Shown: positions 33,217-45,590, counted from the first letter of the stretch. The stretch is DNA of 64,000 bases from an uncultured delta proteobacterium (GCA_963803975.1 CAWDOY010000039.1:1-64000); one strand, 5' to 3'. Numbers and translations: made by a program. The notes: generated by a model from the sequence alone, not told the origin.

Positions 33217-34547
33217 TTACATTGTTAAAAAATTCGGAAAACCCGATCTGACCCGCCGTTCCATATCATCCTCCCGGTTCTCGCGCAGCTTGATAAGCTT
33301 TTCCAGAATCCCCGGCCGTTCATCGCTTATGGTACTCATCAGCTCTGCATAGGTCCTGCCGATGAGCCTCACCATTTCAATAAATTCCATGGTCTGGGGA
33401 AGCTTCCTGCCGGGAAGCTCGGCAAGATAGTCAAGCTCTTCCGGGCTCAGGTAGTCCTGGAAATCAAGCGCGCTGGGAGTGGCTGCGCCGTGGGGTTTAT
33501 AAAAATAGCGCTCATACCACTCAAGATAGCTTCTCAATCCGCGCTCATTACGATTGCCTTCATTAAGCGCAATGGCTGCAGCCTGCCCGGCCATCCATCC
33601 GCAGCTGAGGGCCCCCACGTTGCTGATCTCCCGGCGCCAGCACGCATCGCCGATCAGCAGCACATTATCCTTATACGGCCGCTCTATGGGGCTGAACACA
33701 TTTATCACGCAGGATGTTGCGTGAAGCAGCTTTGACTGTTTGAACCAGGAAGAGAACGTGGGATCTTTATGGAACAGGTACTGTATCAGCTCTGCGGGGG
33801 CTTTATCCCTGCGGTAGGTGAGCGCATAGACGTGGTAGTGGTTTGTCTCCGCTGCGGGAAGCATCGAAAAGAGCCCCTCCGGGGTTATCATAAAAATGAA
33901 ACCTTCGGCATCGGGACAGTTGAGGCCTTCAACCTCCCAGGATGTATCGCAGGAAGTGCCGAAGAACCGGCGCCCTTCATTAAAGCCCCAGATTGCGGGC
34001 AATGCGCGAGTTGATGCCGTCAGCAGCAATTAAAAAACTGCCCTCAAAAAAATTCCCGCCGCCCTCAACCAGAACTCCCTGAGGTGTTTTCCGTACTGAC
34101 GTGATATTCGTGTCGGGATATATCTCCACCGCGTATTTTCCAAGATTCCTCCAGGATGCCGCGCAGCAGCAGCTCTTTGCTGGTGGCTACACCGGTGCGG
34201 TTTTTCAGCGGGTCTTTTTTCAGTTCGGCAAAATCCCCCAGCTCCAGCTTTTTGCCGCCCGGAGAATATATCTGGTAGCCGTATATATTCTGATAGGGCC
34301 CGGCATAGGGGATGGTGAACCCGGTAACCGGAAAGGCAAATGAATGTTGTTCATCGTGGAATGTTGCGCTTTGCCCGAAGGTATAATGGTTGACCCCGAT
34401 CACCCCGCCGCAGGAGCGGTGAATCTTCGGGATGTCGGCTTTGCGGTCCAGCAAGGCAACCTTCAGCCCGTTTTCCCCTGCAGCCCGCGCTGCCATAAGC
34501 CCTGCCGGGCCCGCACCGACTATTATCACGTCGTATTTTTTGGGCAT
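33217..34547 (-). CDS. Geranylgeranyl reductase/FixC-like FAD oxidoreductase (several frameshifts near 34000-34150)
   Basis: MPKKYDVIIVGAGPAG, later NVLLIGDA; paralog of 23073 and 24458. Confidence 0.8.
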
Positions 34548-34637
34548 AGAATTTTCCCCTGCTGCTGTATTCTTTGTAAAAGGCATTTTAATGCCGGAAG
34601 AGAGAGCCGGCCCGACCGGGAGATGAAAAACAAGTCT

Positions 34638-34835
34638 TTATGCGCAGAGCTTCTGGCAGCCGGTTACCTTCAGCCCGATAATGTCTACAAACGTTTTCAT
34701 CTTTGTAATGTCCAGACTATGCTTCGCGGCAAACGCCTGTATCTGCGTGCAGCTCAGAGCATCATTCTCCGCTGTTGCCTTCAGCTCTGCTTCAAGCTCC
34801 GCGCTCATCCAGGGTTCTCTTTTAGCATTATTCAT
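34638..34835 (-). CDS. Small Cys-containing hypothetical protein
   Basis: LSC...GLKVTGCQKLCA; lies between co-oriented genes. Confidence 0.6.
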   Translation of the reverse strand: MNNAKREPWMSAELEAELKATAENDALSCTQIQAFAAKHSLDITKMKTFVDIIGLKVTGCQKLCA

Positions 34836-34892
34836 TTTTTGCTCCGGAAAATGACAGGCACAGAAGTACTGCCTCAAATTATATTAATTATT

Positions 34893-35519
34893 TTATGCCT
34901 GCAGCAAATAGACTGCCGCAACTCCATGTTCTGATGTAACGTGTTTATCAACTAAGAAATGCGCTTCGGCAATCAATGGCTCTAAACCTCCCCGCGCCCT
35001 GAAGTCGAGGTAATGAGTGTAGTGTTCGCGGCCTGCCGTAATCTCAAAAAACCTTCTCAAGGCCCTCCAGAGGTACCCCATGGGAAACGGATAGGGACCA
35101 AAATTAAAATCTATGACCAGGACACGGCCATCAGCTTTTACGACGCGCTTGCACTCGGATAGAACGGCAGAACGCAGCGCGGCAGGCAATTCGTGCAGCA
35201 CCAGGACCATGGTGACCAGGTCAAACATTTGGCCCGGGAAGGTCAAGTGCGAGGCATCTTCCAGACGAAGCTCGGCGGCGTCACCCAGTTTGCGCCGCGC
35301 CTTTTCAAGCATCGACTGCGAGGTATCCACCCCGAACAGTTTGCAGCCTGCTTTACGGTACAGGGCCAATTGTGTTCCCGTTCCACACCCGATGTCGAGA
35401 ATTGATATATTCTCCCGGGGCGGAAATACCTTTAGGCCAATCCTTCTTAAGATGCCGGCTGATGGCTCGCAGAGCCAGTCATATGCCTTTGCCAGGCTCA
35501 GGTACGGGTCTTGTTTCAT
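34893..35519 (-). CDS. Class I SAM-dependent methyltransferase
   Basis: ILDIGCGTG, GVDTSQSML, FDLV..VLHE. Confidence 0.93.
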   Translation of the reverse strand: MKQDPYLSLAKAYDWLCEPSAGILRRIGLKVFPPRENISILDIGCGTGTQLALYRKAGCKLFGVDTSQSMLEKARRKLGDAAELRLEDASHLTFPGQMFDLVTMVLVLHELPAALRSAVLSECKRVVKADGRVLVIDFNFGPYPFPMGYLWRALRRFFEITAGREHYTHYLDFRARGGLEPLIAEAHFLVDKHVTSEHGVAAVYLLQA

Positions 35520-35678
35520 ATTGAGTCCCTCCCTGCTTATTTAAAACTGCATATATATCTGAGGAGGAAAAGAGTCAACAAATACTTCGTGAGCCGTGAC
35601 TAAGTGGCGCGGGGTTAGGAGCTGGGGAATGGGAAAATAAACGTGAAAAGGGGTGATCTCATTTCCTTCCATCCCCTT

Positions 35679-36651
35679 TCAACGCGGCGGCGCAGGTTGA
35701 CTGACCGGGGCCTTCCCCGCCTGCGCTGCGTTTGCCGGGGTGCTGACTGTTGCCTGGGCAAGAAGCTCTCCGGGCTTGAGCAATCCCTGCGCAAACTGAT
35801 GAACGCTTTCAGCGGGGAAGTAATATACCAGCAGAACCGCTGCATCCCCGTAAAAGCGGTTGGCTGATGAAGCTATTGAAAAGCTGAAACCGTCCAGCGC
35901 TTTCCTGTTGGTGAATTTCTGATCAAGATAGACCAGCAGCTTTGCAATAACAGAATCAAAAAAAGGTTCAGAAGACTCTTTTTTGTTCGTGTCCAGCCGC
36001 GCCATTGCATCACCATAGATGAGAAGGGTATGAAAACATCTCTGGCCTTTATAGGTATCAATTGAGGCAAACAAAGTAAAATCTGCAAGGCTGGAGGCGC
36101 TGGCGGACTCAAGCTCTTTCTGCAGACGGCTCACATTGAGCCGGTACAGCAGCAGGTCAAACCCGTACTGGTCCCGGCATCTCTTGTCCAGGGACTGAAA
36201 CTCAAGGTCCTGCAGCCGCTGCTGTGCCAGCAAGGTATAGTTGCTGCGGGAATTTTTCCGAAGAAATTCCCTGTAGCCTTCCATGGTATCAGCGTCTTCA
36301 ACCCGCTTGAACTCCAGCTGCGCAATTTTTTCAGCAGCCCGTGAGCTGTTGCGGTTTGCGGGAAAGGTCTTTGATGAATTCCCGGTACCCATCAATAGTG
36401 TCTTTCTGCTCACAGGGGGCAAACTCCAGGTCTTCAATAGTGCCCCTGGCTATAGGAATAAACATGTTCTCCGGATAGTTTCGGATGAACTCGCGATATC
36501 CCTCGATATTGTTTTTCTGCTGATAGGGCTTAAACTCTGCCTCCTGCCGCATCCGCTCTTCCTGTTCACTGTGAAACAGGGCGCCGCACCCCTGCAGCAG
36601 CGACAGCATGAGCACAAGACAGCACCACGTTTTAATAGTTGAGCTTTTCAT
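35679..36651 (-). CDS. Lipoprotein with Y-x-x-F-x-x-x-Y-P helical repeats (frameshifted)
   Basis: LLQG|C lipobox; three EGYREF-type repeats; joins track ORFs 36331 and 35679. Confidence 0.7.
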
Positions 36652-36831
36652 ATAACGTCCTCTGTTACGTCCGGATAGTTATTAAAAGTGTCACGAGTCA
36701 CGAATTTACCCATTCATCGATTTTCCCCACTCATCGCTCGCTGTTCGGCCATGAGCCCTCCGTAGCACTGATAAGGCTGGACAATCGAAACTAAAATTAT
36801 ACTTCGAAATAACCAATAGGTTCGTTCCTTC

Positions 36832-39410
36832 CTAACACTGCGGAGGGTGGACACTCAGCACCTTACTTTGTGCCTCTGTGCCTTTTGCCTTTTTCCCCTT
36901 CTCCACTCCGCACACCGTATCCTTAAGCTGCGCGAATTTCCGGCCGTACTCTCCACCACCGAAATCCTGAAAACGAATTTTTGTTGCTGCAATGACCTCG
37001 CATGCATCTGACTGTTTTCCCAGCTGGGTAAGCGACCACGCTGTCCCGGTACCGCGCTTCAAACCACGGGGGAGTTCCCTGCTTCAGGCCCTTTGAAAAC
37101 TTCCGCCACGTATCAAATGCATCCTGCCACTGCTCCTGCTTCTCAAGGATAAGGCCGAGGCCGTGCATTGCTTCTGCTGATGCCGGGTCCTGCTCAAGCT
37201 TTTTCCGGTAGAGAGCTTCCGCCTGCTGCGGCTGATCAGTATCAGCGTAGAGTTCAGCAAGCCGCATTTGCAGGTGATCATAAAGATTTTTTCCTTTTAG
37301 CATCCGCTGCAACAATGCTGCTCAGCTTCTTATAGACGGCAAGCGCTGCCTGAGCTTTCTCTGCTGCCAGGGCGGTGTCACCCTGTGCCCGTGCATCACG
37401 GGCCTGCCGGTAATACTGGTCAGCATATTCGTTTATACATGCAAGGGTTTCCTGGTCAGCCGGCCCTTTGGCCGCGATGCTGCTGATCTCTCGCTCTGCG
37501 TCATCGAGCCGGCGCAGCTGCAGATAGCATTTAAGGCGCAGTTTTTTTACCAGGCCGTACAGAAGATCCCGCTGCCGGGTAACGGGGTACCTGCTCTCAA
37601 ATCCCTGGAGCATTGGCAATGCCTTCTGCGGGTTTGGCTCCGGGCCGTTAACATAGAGCCGCGCCAGGAGATACGCCATATGCGCATCAGGCTCACTGCC
37701 GGCTGCAGCGCCTTTTTTCACTGCTGTTTTGTGCCAGCCTTCTGCCTGTTGCAGCGCTTCACGGTACAGCTGCAGCGCTTCATCTGACTGCCCCGCACCC
37801 TGGCGCACCAGTGTCTCAATCTTTTCAATTTGTTCCTGCAGCGTATCTATAACCGGAAGCAGTCCTGCCTGCTGCGCCTCGGCAAAGTGCGGGCGAATCG
37901 CTTTTGACCAGCGCAAACTCCTGCAGCGCTTCCCGGGCCCTGTTTTTATGCTGATAGTAGCGGCCCAGCTGAAAATGCGCTTCGCTTTTGTCCCGGGCAT
38001 CGGGGCAGTTTTTTACATAGCACTCGGCAGCCTTTATGTAGCGGCTGTAGAATGCCTCGGCCGGGTTTGCCTTATAGGCACGCACGGCAGCCACGTAATA
38101 GAGGCAGGCTGCCTTGCCGTTGAATGATGATTTGGGAAATTTTGCAAACAGGGTCTCAAGGCATGAAAGCGCCTCCTGCCACTGCTCTCTTTGCGCCAGG
38201 GCATACGCCAGGCGGAAGCAGACATCATCAAGGTGCCGTTTTATAAGGGTGTCGGGCGCGCTGTAGAGGCGGCGGTAGCGCTCAATGGCAGGGTCATACT
38301 GCTTGCGCTCAAAATACCAGTCAGCCATGGCCATGGTCGCCCATGCTCCCCAGCTCGGCTTCAGGCACCTTCGCAAGCGCCGCGGCGTGGTCCCGCACAT
38401 ACTGGTAGAGAACCGGTGCCTGCGCATCGCTCGGCATCTGCGAGGCGCTTCAGCTCCTGCACTGCTTCCCGCTCAGACTTGCCGGCAGCGCTGCCCTGGG
38501 TTTCCGGCTTCTTCTCCGCAATGCCGAGCGCAATGGCTGATTCTAAATTTTTGATCTTTTCCCGCAGCGGCTGGGGCATGGCTTTCGGCTTAACCGTCTC
38601 TTCAAGCTCCTGCAGCTGCTTTACGGCGAGATTCTTTTTCCCTGTCTGATAACTGATCAGAGCCCGCTCATATCCGGCCTGTGCGTAAAGGGGATCTTCG
38701 CGGGACGACCGTTTCATCACCGCCTGCAGGTCTTCCAGCGCCTTGTCATATTGTTTCAGCTCCTTGAAGCAGAGTGCGCGGCCCAGGATGCAGCGGCCGG
38801 CAAGCGATTGTTCCTGAAAATTTATCCCGGCGCGCGTAAACCCGGAAACCGCCTCTTCCAGCAGGTCCGTCCGTGCTGAAGCGCGCTCCGTATAGAGCAG
38901 TGCCGCGTAGTAGCTGTTCCAGCCAAGCCAGTAGCCTGCAAGAAGTGTCAGGTACTGCGCCTGCTGCCATTCAGTCGAGGCAAATACACCTTCTTTATCC
39001 GCAGCACCGCCATGCTTCTCCTCCAGCACATCATCAATCCGGCCCTGGTTGTACGCAATCATGCTCCGCAGAAGCTCACCGTTTTTCAGAAACAGCGCTT
39101 TAAACTCGTCCTGCCGGGCAGCCTGCGTCAGGTCAGCATTCTGGCTCAGGTCAACAAGCCGGGTAACGCATTCTCCTGAGCGTATTGCCAGTCCTTTCTG
39201 CAGGTCAAAAGAAAGCTGGTTTTTTTCTTTCACGTCCGCAAAGCCTTTTTCCAGGCTGCGCAGCGTGCTGCTCACTTCGGCAAGAGAGCTCATCCCGCTC
39301 GCGCCACGGGCTGCCGCCGGTAATGAGCCGCAGAAAACAAGCACAGCGACCACGATACTGCCCTGTTTCATGGCATCAGCGAGAAGCTTCATATACGGTT
39401 CCTGCATCAT
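36832..39410 (-). CDS. Large secreted TPR-repeat protein (multiple frameshifts)
   Basis: Signal peptide; TPR-like fragments in consecutive track ORFs 38361, 37825, 37278, 36923, 36832. Confidence 0.7.
36852..36900. repeat. Dispersed AGGCACAGAGGCA..AAAGTAAAGTGCTGA repeat (copy on minus strand)
   Basis: Related copies near 42395-42420, 61685-61735 and 62580-62620. Confidence 0.7.
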
Positions 39411-40536
39411 AAATTTTTCAAAAACTCATCCAGGTACGATTCCCATTTGGTGCCAAAGGCAAGCACGACCATCTGCCTGATCACCTTCACCTCGTCAAGC
39501 ATGAGCGCGCTTTCTCCGCCCCCGGCCTCTGCAAGCTGCCTGAATTCAGGCATAACCGTCTGCCGGCTCTGCGGATCAACAGGCTGAAGGCTTCTGATGC
39601 TGGTATCAAGCGTTGCCACCATGCCGCCCATCTGGTTTCTGAATTTTTCCACCAGCTCGCGTGCTTTCAGCATGTCCTGTTTGTGCGGGGGCGCATCGCC
39701 GATCAGAAGGATTATCTTCTTTGAGTTCTTCTCCCAGTTAAACTCGCTGACCGCAACGCGCAGTCCCTCGTCAACCGCCTCTTCGTAGTCGGTTCCGCCT
39801 ACCGGGTCAATGCCCTGCAGGAACTTCTGCAGCTGCTGCGTCTTATGGGTGAGCGGGATATTTTTTCGTGACAAAATCATCTCCCCGGTCGCGGTATGCA
39901 ACCAGCCCGATCCGTGTGGTGGGAACCAGCATCTTAAACGTCATGCACAGGTTTGCGATCTTTATCTTCACCTGCCGCAGAAACTGGGCCATGCTGCTGG
40001 TTGCATCAAAAACAAACACAACATCCAGACCAATTTTCCGCACCCCCTGAATAGTCCTGCTGAATGACCCGAACGATTTGTCTCCGAGCCCGTAGTACGG
40101 CAGGCCCTTCCCGCCGATAGTATTTGCCGGGCCTCTGGGGCCGGCAAGCAGCGAGCGGTCAAGGGTCGGCGCGCCGATACGGTTGACATCCTCCCGGACC
40201 CGTATATCGGGGGTAAACTTCATGTCAGGCACCGGAGCATTTGATTCGATTTTAGGGATCGGCAATTCCTGTTTTTTTCAGACTTAAGCTGGTCAAACGC
40301 ATCAGTGCCCCTGACTTTGAACTCTTCAGGGGTTTGAGGAGCCTGAAAGGTAAACTGAAGGTCGTTCTGCTGCGGGGGAATGATGGATATGACCGGATTT
40401 TCTTCCAACCCGTAATGCGGAATAAAGGCCCAGTTCACCTGGTAAAACGCCAGTATCAGCACACGTGGATAAGGCAGGACAGTATATATGCCGGGGGATG
40501 TTTTATAAAATGCCGTATGGTTTTGGCATTGCGCAT
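39407..40536 (-). CDS. Membrane-anchored vWA domain protein (frameshifted)
   Basis: Reconstructed N-terminus MRNAKTIRHFIKHPPAYILSCLIHV; DVVFVFDATSSM (MIDAS-like), GLVAYRD, GGTDYEEAV, LIGDAPPH. Confidence 0.75.
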
Positions 40537-40678
40537 GCTGCAGCTCTTTCAATCGTTGTGGTAATGCTATCCCGTGCTTCAAGCAGCACTGCGATCCATG
40601 GAGACGCTTTCCCGCTACTCAGGCCTGGCACTAGTCATGAGGAAGTAAATTCGTCATCAAAGGTATGGATCGAAGCGC

Positions 40679-41111
40679 TTAGCTCGCCGGCGCTGCTGCC
40701 GGCGACTGGTGCCGGCGCTCGGTGGTCAGGCTGATGTTGTGCATGCCGCCGGCTTCGACCTGATCGATCACATCGACCAGCATCGCAATATCAACCTTCT
40801 GGTCAGCGTAAATCACGGCACACTCGGGCTGCTGCTGCATCAGCAGCGGTTATTTTGTCGGTGAGCAGCCCCTGGGTTACCGGCTCATTGTTGAGATACA
40901 CGCTGCCGTCGGGCTTTACGGCAATGATGATGTTTTTGGTCGGTGTCTGCTTCTCTGATGAGGATTGGGGAAGCTGCACCTGAATGGAGTTGAGCACCAT
41001 GACCGGGGTGATGATCATGAAGATAATGAGCAGCACCAGGGCCACATCAATCAGCGGGACCATGTTGATATCGCTCAGAAACGGCGTTTCAGAGGTATTT
41101 TTTATGTACAT
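40679..41111 (-). CDS. ExbD/TolR family protein (frameshift near 40845)
   Basis: INMVPLIDVALVLLIIFMI; after the shift VIYADQKV..VDVIDQV..GG. Confidence 0.88.
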
Positions 41112-41113
41112 GA

Positions 41114-41716
41114 TTATTTACCTCCGCGGTATATGAGCACGGTTGCAATGTGATCCAGTTCAAGGCTCAGCTTTCGGGCTCGTTTCAAAAAGTAGTTGTA
41201 TGCCACGACTGCAGGGACTGCTACAAACAGGCCGGCCGCGGTTGAGATGAGCGCCTCGGCAATGCCGCTGGCAACGACCGACGGCCCGGCGCTTGCCTTG
41301 AGCGCGATGGCCTGAAACGCTCTGATAACCCCCACAACTGTCCCGAACAGGCCGACAAAGGGCGCGATATTTGCTATGGTGCCGAGCGCTGCAAGCCGGT
41401 GCTCCGCCTCCCAGCGCAGGCCCTTTGCCTCCTCACTCAAGAGAGCACCCAGAGCTTCTGCGGACTGCTGACTATGTTTAAGCCATGCCTGGACCAGCCT
41501 GCGGTGAGGAGTGTCCTTTGCCTTTAAGAAAGCCATGATCTCCGTGTATCCGTTCCGGGCGTTTTCAAGAAACTGCACCAGTTCCGGGCCTTTTTCCCTG
41601 CTTGAAAACAGGTAGTAGGCCTGATTAATCATCACCGTGACAGAATAGACAGACATTAAAGCAAGAATGATAAATGTCGGGTTGGTTAGATACAGGGCTA
41701 CGTTATCGTAGGTCAT
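41114..41716 (-). CDS. MotA/TolQ/ExbB proton channel protein
   Basis: LGTIANIAPFVGLFGTVVGVIRAF, GIAEALISTAAGLFVAVPA. Confidence 0.95.
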   Translation of the reverse strand: MTYDNVALYLTNPTFIILALMSVYSVTVMINQAYYLFSSREKGPELVQFLENARNGYTEIMAFLKAKDTPHRRLVQAWLKHSQQSAEALGALLSEEAKGLRWEAEHRLAALGTIANIAPFVGLFGTVVGVIRAFQAIALKASAGPSVVASGIAEALISTAAGLFVAVPAVVAYNYFLKRARKLSLELDHIATVLIYRGGK

Positions 41717-41949
41717 GGCATTTCTCCTTTTATGGGGCCTGCTTTTTATAACAAACAGATATAATTATCTAACCTCATATATACCTGCGGTGATGGTGAG
41801 TCAATGGCATAGTGACATTGCGCAAGGTGGAATGAAGAAGGTTTGCTGTGAAAAGGGGGAGAGTGAAAGGTGGAAAGTGGAAGGTGAAAAGAGATTCGGG
41901 ATTCGGGACTGACAGCGCAACACTGATGGCTAATTTCAGGATACCCGGC

Positions 41950-42174
41950 TCAGGTAAAAAGCCCGAGAACGAACCGGTTCATTTTTGCGCCGATACCGGT
42001 ATATATAAAAAGCGCGATAAGCGCAGTGACGCCCAAAGCCACCAGCCATTTCTGTTTGACGGTGAAAGCGCTGCTGCGCAGCAACGCGTAGATACCAAGC
42101 GGCGGGAATGCCTGCAGGGAAAAAATAACTTTTGCCCGGTTGTTATACCATTTCGTTTTCTGCTGCTCTTCCAT
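41950..42174 (-). CDS. Small membrane protein
   Basis: RBS AAGGAG; KWY..FPPLGIYAL; two hydrophobic segments. Confidence 0.65.
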   Translation of the reverse strand: MEEQQKTKWYNNRAKVIFSLQAFPPLGIYALLRSSAFTVKQKWLVALGVTALIALFIYTGIGAKMNRFVLGLFT

Positions 42175-42464
42175 TAAATCTCCTTTATGCCGGGGTGTTG
42201 GTCAAAACAGGCGCCGGTTTTTTTCTGGCATGTATGTCCTGCTGCGCAACATTAGCACACAAAAAAAGCAGGGGCTTATTAATAATCAACAGAGGTCCCC
42301 TGCCGGTGTAAATGCATATATATGGTTGGCGGGAATGAGTCAAGGAATTAGTGCGGGGTTGTGAAAGGTGCAAAGTGAAAAGGGAAGGTGAAAAAGGCAA
42401 AGGGTATAAAGGCACAAAGTAATTTCGGGACTGAAAGCTGATAGCTATTACTCAGTTACAAGCT

Positions 42465-43383
42465 TCAGCTTTTGGCAGCAGGTGGTGCCTCTCCCCGGGC
42501 ATGGCTGCAGAAGTCTTCAAGATATTTGGCAAAGCTTCCCTGCTGCACGGCAAATATTTTTTCCATCTCCGTTATGTCGCAGGTGCTGCCTCCGGTAAAT
42601 GCCGATACCAGGCCACGCGCATTGTAGCGGCAGTTGGTTGCAAAATCGATGCATCGAGGCAATAAAATTTGTCAGCGGCAGGGGGATAAAAACAAAGCGG
42701 ACTGGTTTGCCGATGGCCTTGCGAAAAAGCTCCTGGAACGAGATAAAATCATACTCCTCCTTGCCTGCCACCTCGATCACCCGGCACGATGCTTTCTGAT
42801 TATCAAGTGCGTCAGCCATGCACCACGCCAGGTCTGCCAGCAAGATCGGCCGTATTTTCTCGTGCGGCTTCATAAAAAGAGGGGCCCAGCCCTTTTTGAT
42901 GAGGCGGCGACCGAGCAATAACGACATGTCCGTGGCAAGGGTGGTGACCCTGAACACCGTGTAGTCAATCCCGCTCACGGCCAGCAGGTCTTCCACCACC
43001 TTTTTTATTTTACCGTGCTCAAAGTTGCCGAACTTGGCAAGGCCCCAGTAGCTGACAAAGATAAACTTTTTAACCCCTGCTTCACGGGAACATTTAATCA
43101 GGGAAAGGTTGCCCTCGTAATCATTCTCCCAGAGCGTTGCCGCGCTCCGGTCCTTTACAATATTGGTGGCAAAACTGCTGATGACCGCATCAACGTTATG
43201 CAGCGCGGCGGATAGAACCTTCCTGTCTCTCAAGCTTCCGCGGATGATCTCGACCCCCGTCTTTTCAAGCCGTATTGTATCAGAGTCCTGCCGGACAAAG
43301 CACCGTACCTTTTTGCCTCTTTTAAGCAGCTCTTCGACGACCGTGGTGCCAAGAAGCCCTGTTGCTCCGACGCAGAGAATCAT
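42465..43383 (-). CDS. NAD(P)H-binding NmrA/atypical SDR protein (frameshift near 42650)
   Basis: ILCVGATGLLG, AGVKKFIFVS, SGIDYTVFR. Confidence 0.85.
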
Positions 43384-43471
43384 GATTGTGCACCTCCTGG
43401 TTGCATATACATCTGCATCTAATGACGGGCAGAGCTGACAGCTGATCGCTGACAGCTTTTTTAATTACTGC

Positions 43472-44678
43472 TCATGCCGTCTGATGCAGCGCGGTTTTTC
43501 CCTGGAGGAGAAACCGGATGCCTTCATCAAGCCCTTCCAGGGTCAGCTCAAACATGGGGAACAGCTCCCGTATCATGAGAATTGATTTTACCGAAGCCCA
43601 GCGTCGCGGCGGCAGCGGGTTGAGCCAGATCACGTCCCGGAAGGTGTCGCGCAGCCGCTGCAGCCAGACAATCCCCGGCGTATCATTATGATACCAGTAG
43701 TCCACTGCGCCGTTTACCCAGGTCAGCTCGGATGGCGCCATTTCGGCATCACCGACGATAATCACCTTGTAATCCGGCTCCACGGCTTTAAAAAAATCGA
43801 GCGTCGGGATGGTGCTGTCGCCCTCCATGTCGGTGCGCAAATCCTGGTAGATGCAGTTGTGAAAATAGAAGTGCCTGAACCTGCTGATCTGGGCTGCCGC
43901 TGCAGAGAAGAGCTGCTCGACCATTTCTGAGTACGGGGTCATGGAGCCGCCGGTGTCCATAAAGAGAATCACCTTGGAGCCCTTCTTGACCCGGCCTTCC
44001 CATACCAGCTCAATCTCCCCGGCGTTTTTGCAGGTGGCGTCGATCGTGGCGTGAATATCGAGCTTGTCGCCCTCGCCCGCGGGCAGCAGCGAGCGCAGGT
44101 GCGACAGGGCCACCTTCATCTGGCGGGTGTCAAGCGTCCGGTCGCTCGAATAATTTTTAAACGCCCGGCGCTCTGCCACCTGCACGGCGCGTCTGGTTGC
44201 GCGAAATGCCCTGGCCGATGCGGATGCCTGCCGGGTTATATCCCCAGGCGCCCTGCGTTGACGTGCCGCTGGTGCCGATGGCCCGGCTGCCGCCGTAATC
44301 GCTTGAATAATCCCTGTCGTTGCGCTGCTCGATGAGCTGGCGCTCGAAATTTTTCAGGACTTCATCAAGGTCAAGCTCTTTAAGCTCTCTTTTTTCCTCA
44401 TCAGTCAAGCGCAGGTCTCGCGTCTGGCGCAGGCAGGCAAGCACGCGCTCAAGAAGCTCATCAGTGGTCTCAATTCCGGCAAAGGTATCCAGAAACGCGA
44501 CGTCATAGCGGTCGAAGTAGATCTCACTTTTGACCAGGATGGAGCGCGCGACGTGGTAGAAGCGGGTCAGGCTGCAGTCGCTCAAATTCGCGGCAAGGGC
44601 CCGGTGCAGCGTCATCCACTCGTGCAGGGTGACCGGCACGCCCCTGGCCTTGAGGTTCAGGAAAAAATTAATAAACAC
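43472..44678 (-). CDS. CoxE-like vWA protein (frameshift near 44190)
   Basis: MFINFF..L, GTSGTS..G..GYNPAGIRIG, LFMDTGGSM, YFHNC, IVGDAEMAPSEL, WLNP. Confidence 0.88.
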
Positions 44679-45522
44679 GCCGCGACCTCTTGCTGGTTGA
44701 ATAGGAATAGTGGGGGTCTGCGGAGTTGTTCACCAGGTCCTGGTCCTCTTTTTTCTTTAAAAGCGTGCCCACAAACGGCAGCTCCTTTTCAATTTTGGCG
44801 GACGGCACGCCGCCGATAATCAGTGCCTGCAGCCAGTCAAGCAGCTCGCTCGTCGAGGGCTTTTTGCGCAGCAGGTCAAACTGACGGATCCAGTAGAACT
44901 TCTTCAAGGCTTCTCGCAGCAGCCGCGTCTCAAGAGCGGGGAAATGCACAGCCACGATCTCTTCCATCAGCTGCTGGTCCGGGAATTCGATATAGTGAAA
45001 AACGCAGCGGCGCAGGAACGGGTCGGGAAGCTCTTTTTCGCTGTTGGAGGTGATGATGACAATCGGCCGGTGTTTGGCTGCAATGGTCTCCCCGGTCTCC
45101 GGGATATAGAAGCTCATCTCGTCCAGCTCGTTCAACAGGTCATTGGGGAATTCAAGCTCTGCCTTGTCTATCTCGTCAATGATAAGCACCACCTGCTCTG
45201 AAGAGGCAAACGCCTCGCCCAGCTTGCCGAGCCTGATGTACTGGCTGATGTCAGAGACATCACGGTCGCCGAAGCGCGCGTCATTCAGGCGCTTGACCGT
45301 GTCATACAGATAGAGCCCTTCCTGGGCCTTGGTGGTTGACTTGATGTTCCAGGTGTAGAGCTTTTTCCCCAGGCCCTTGGCAATTGCCTGAGCCAGCAGG
45401 GTTTTCCCGGTGCCCGGCTCGCCTTTAACAACCAGCGGCCGTCCCAGGGCAATGGAAACATTGACGCTGTCCCGCAGCTCAGCTGAGATGACATAGGTGT
45501 CGGTTCCTTTAAAATAGTCCAT
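44668..45522 (-). CDS. MoxR family AAA+ ATPase
   Basis: GEPGTGKT, IDEIDKA, TSNSEKELPDPFLRRC; start placed at MDYFKG from RBS spacing and upstream promoter. Confidence 0.93.
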   Translation of the reverse strand: MDYFKGTDTYVISAELRDSVNVSIALGRPLVVKGEPGTGKTLLAQAIAKGLGKKLYTWNIKSTTKAQEGLYLYDTVKRLNDARFGDRDVSDISQYIRLGKLGEAFASSEQVVLIIDEIDKAELEFPNDLLNELDEMSFYIPETGETIAAKHRPIVIITSNSEKELPDPFLRRCVFHYIEFPDQQLMEEIVAVHFPALETRLLREALKKFYWIRQFDLLRKKPSTSELLDWLQALIIGGVPSAKIEKELPFVGTLLKKKEDQDLVNNSADPHYSYSTSKRSRRVY

Positions 45523-45590
45523 GGCTTTCATTCCTTCCTTCTGTCCGGATGAGAGATTGTCAGCAGTGTGTGAGGCTGCAAAGAGATGCA

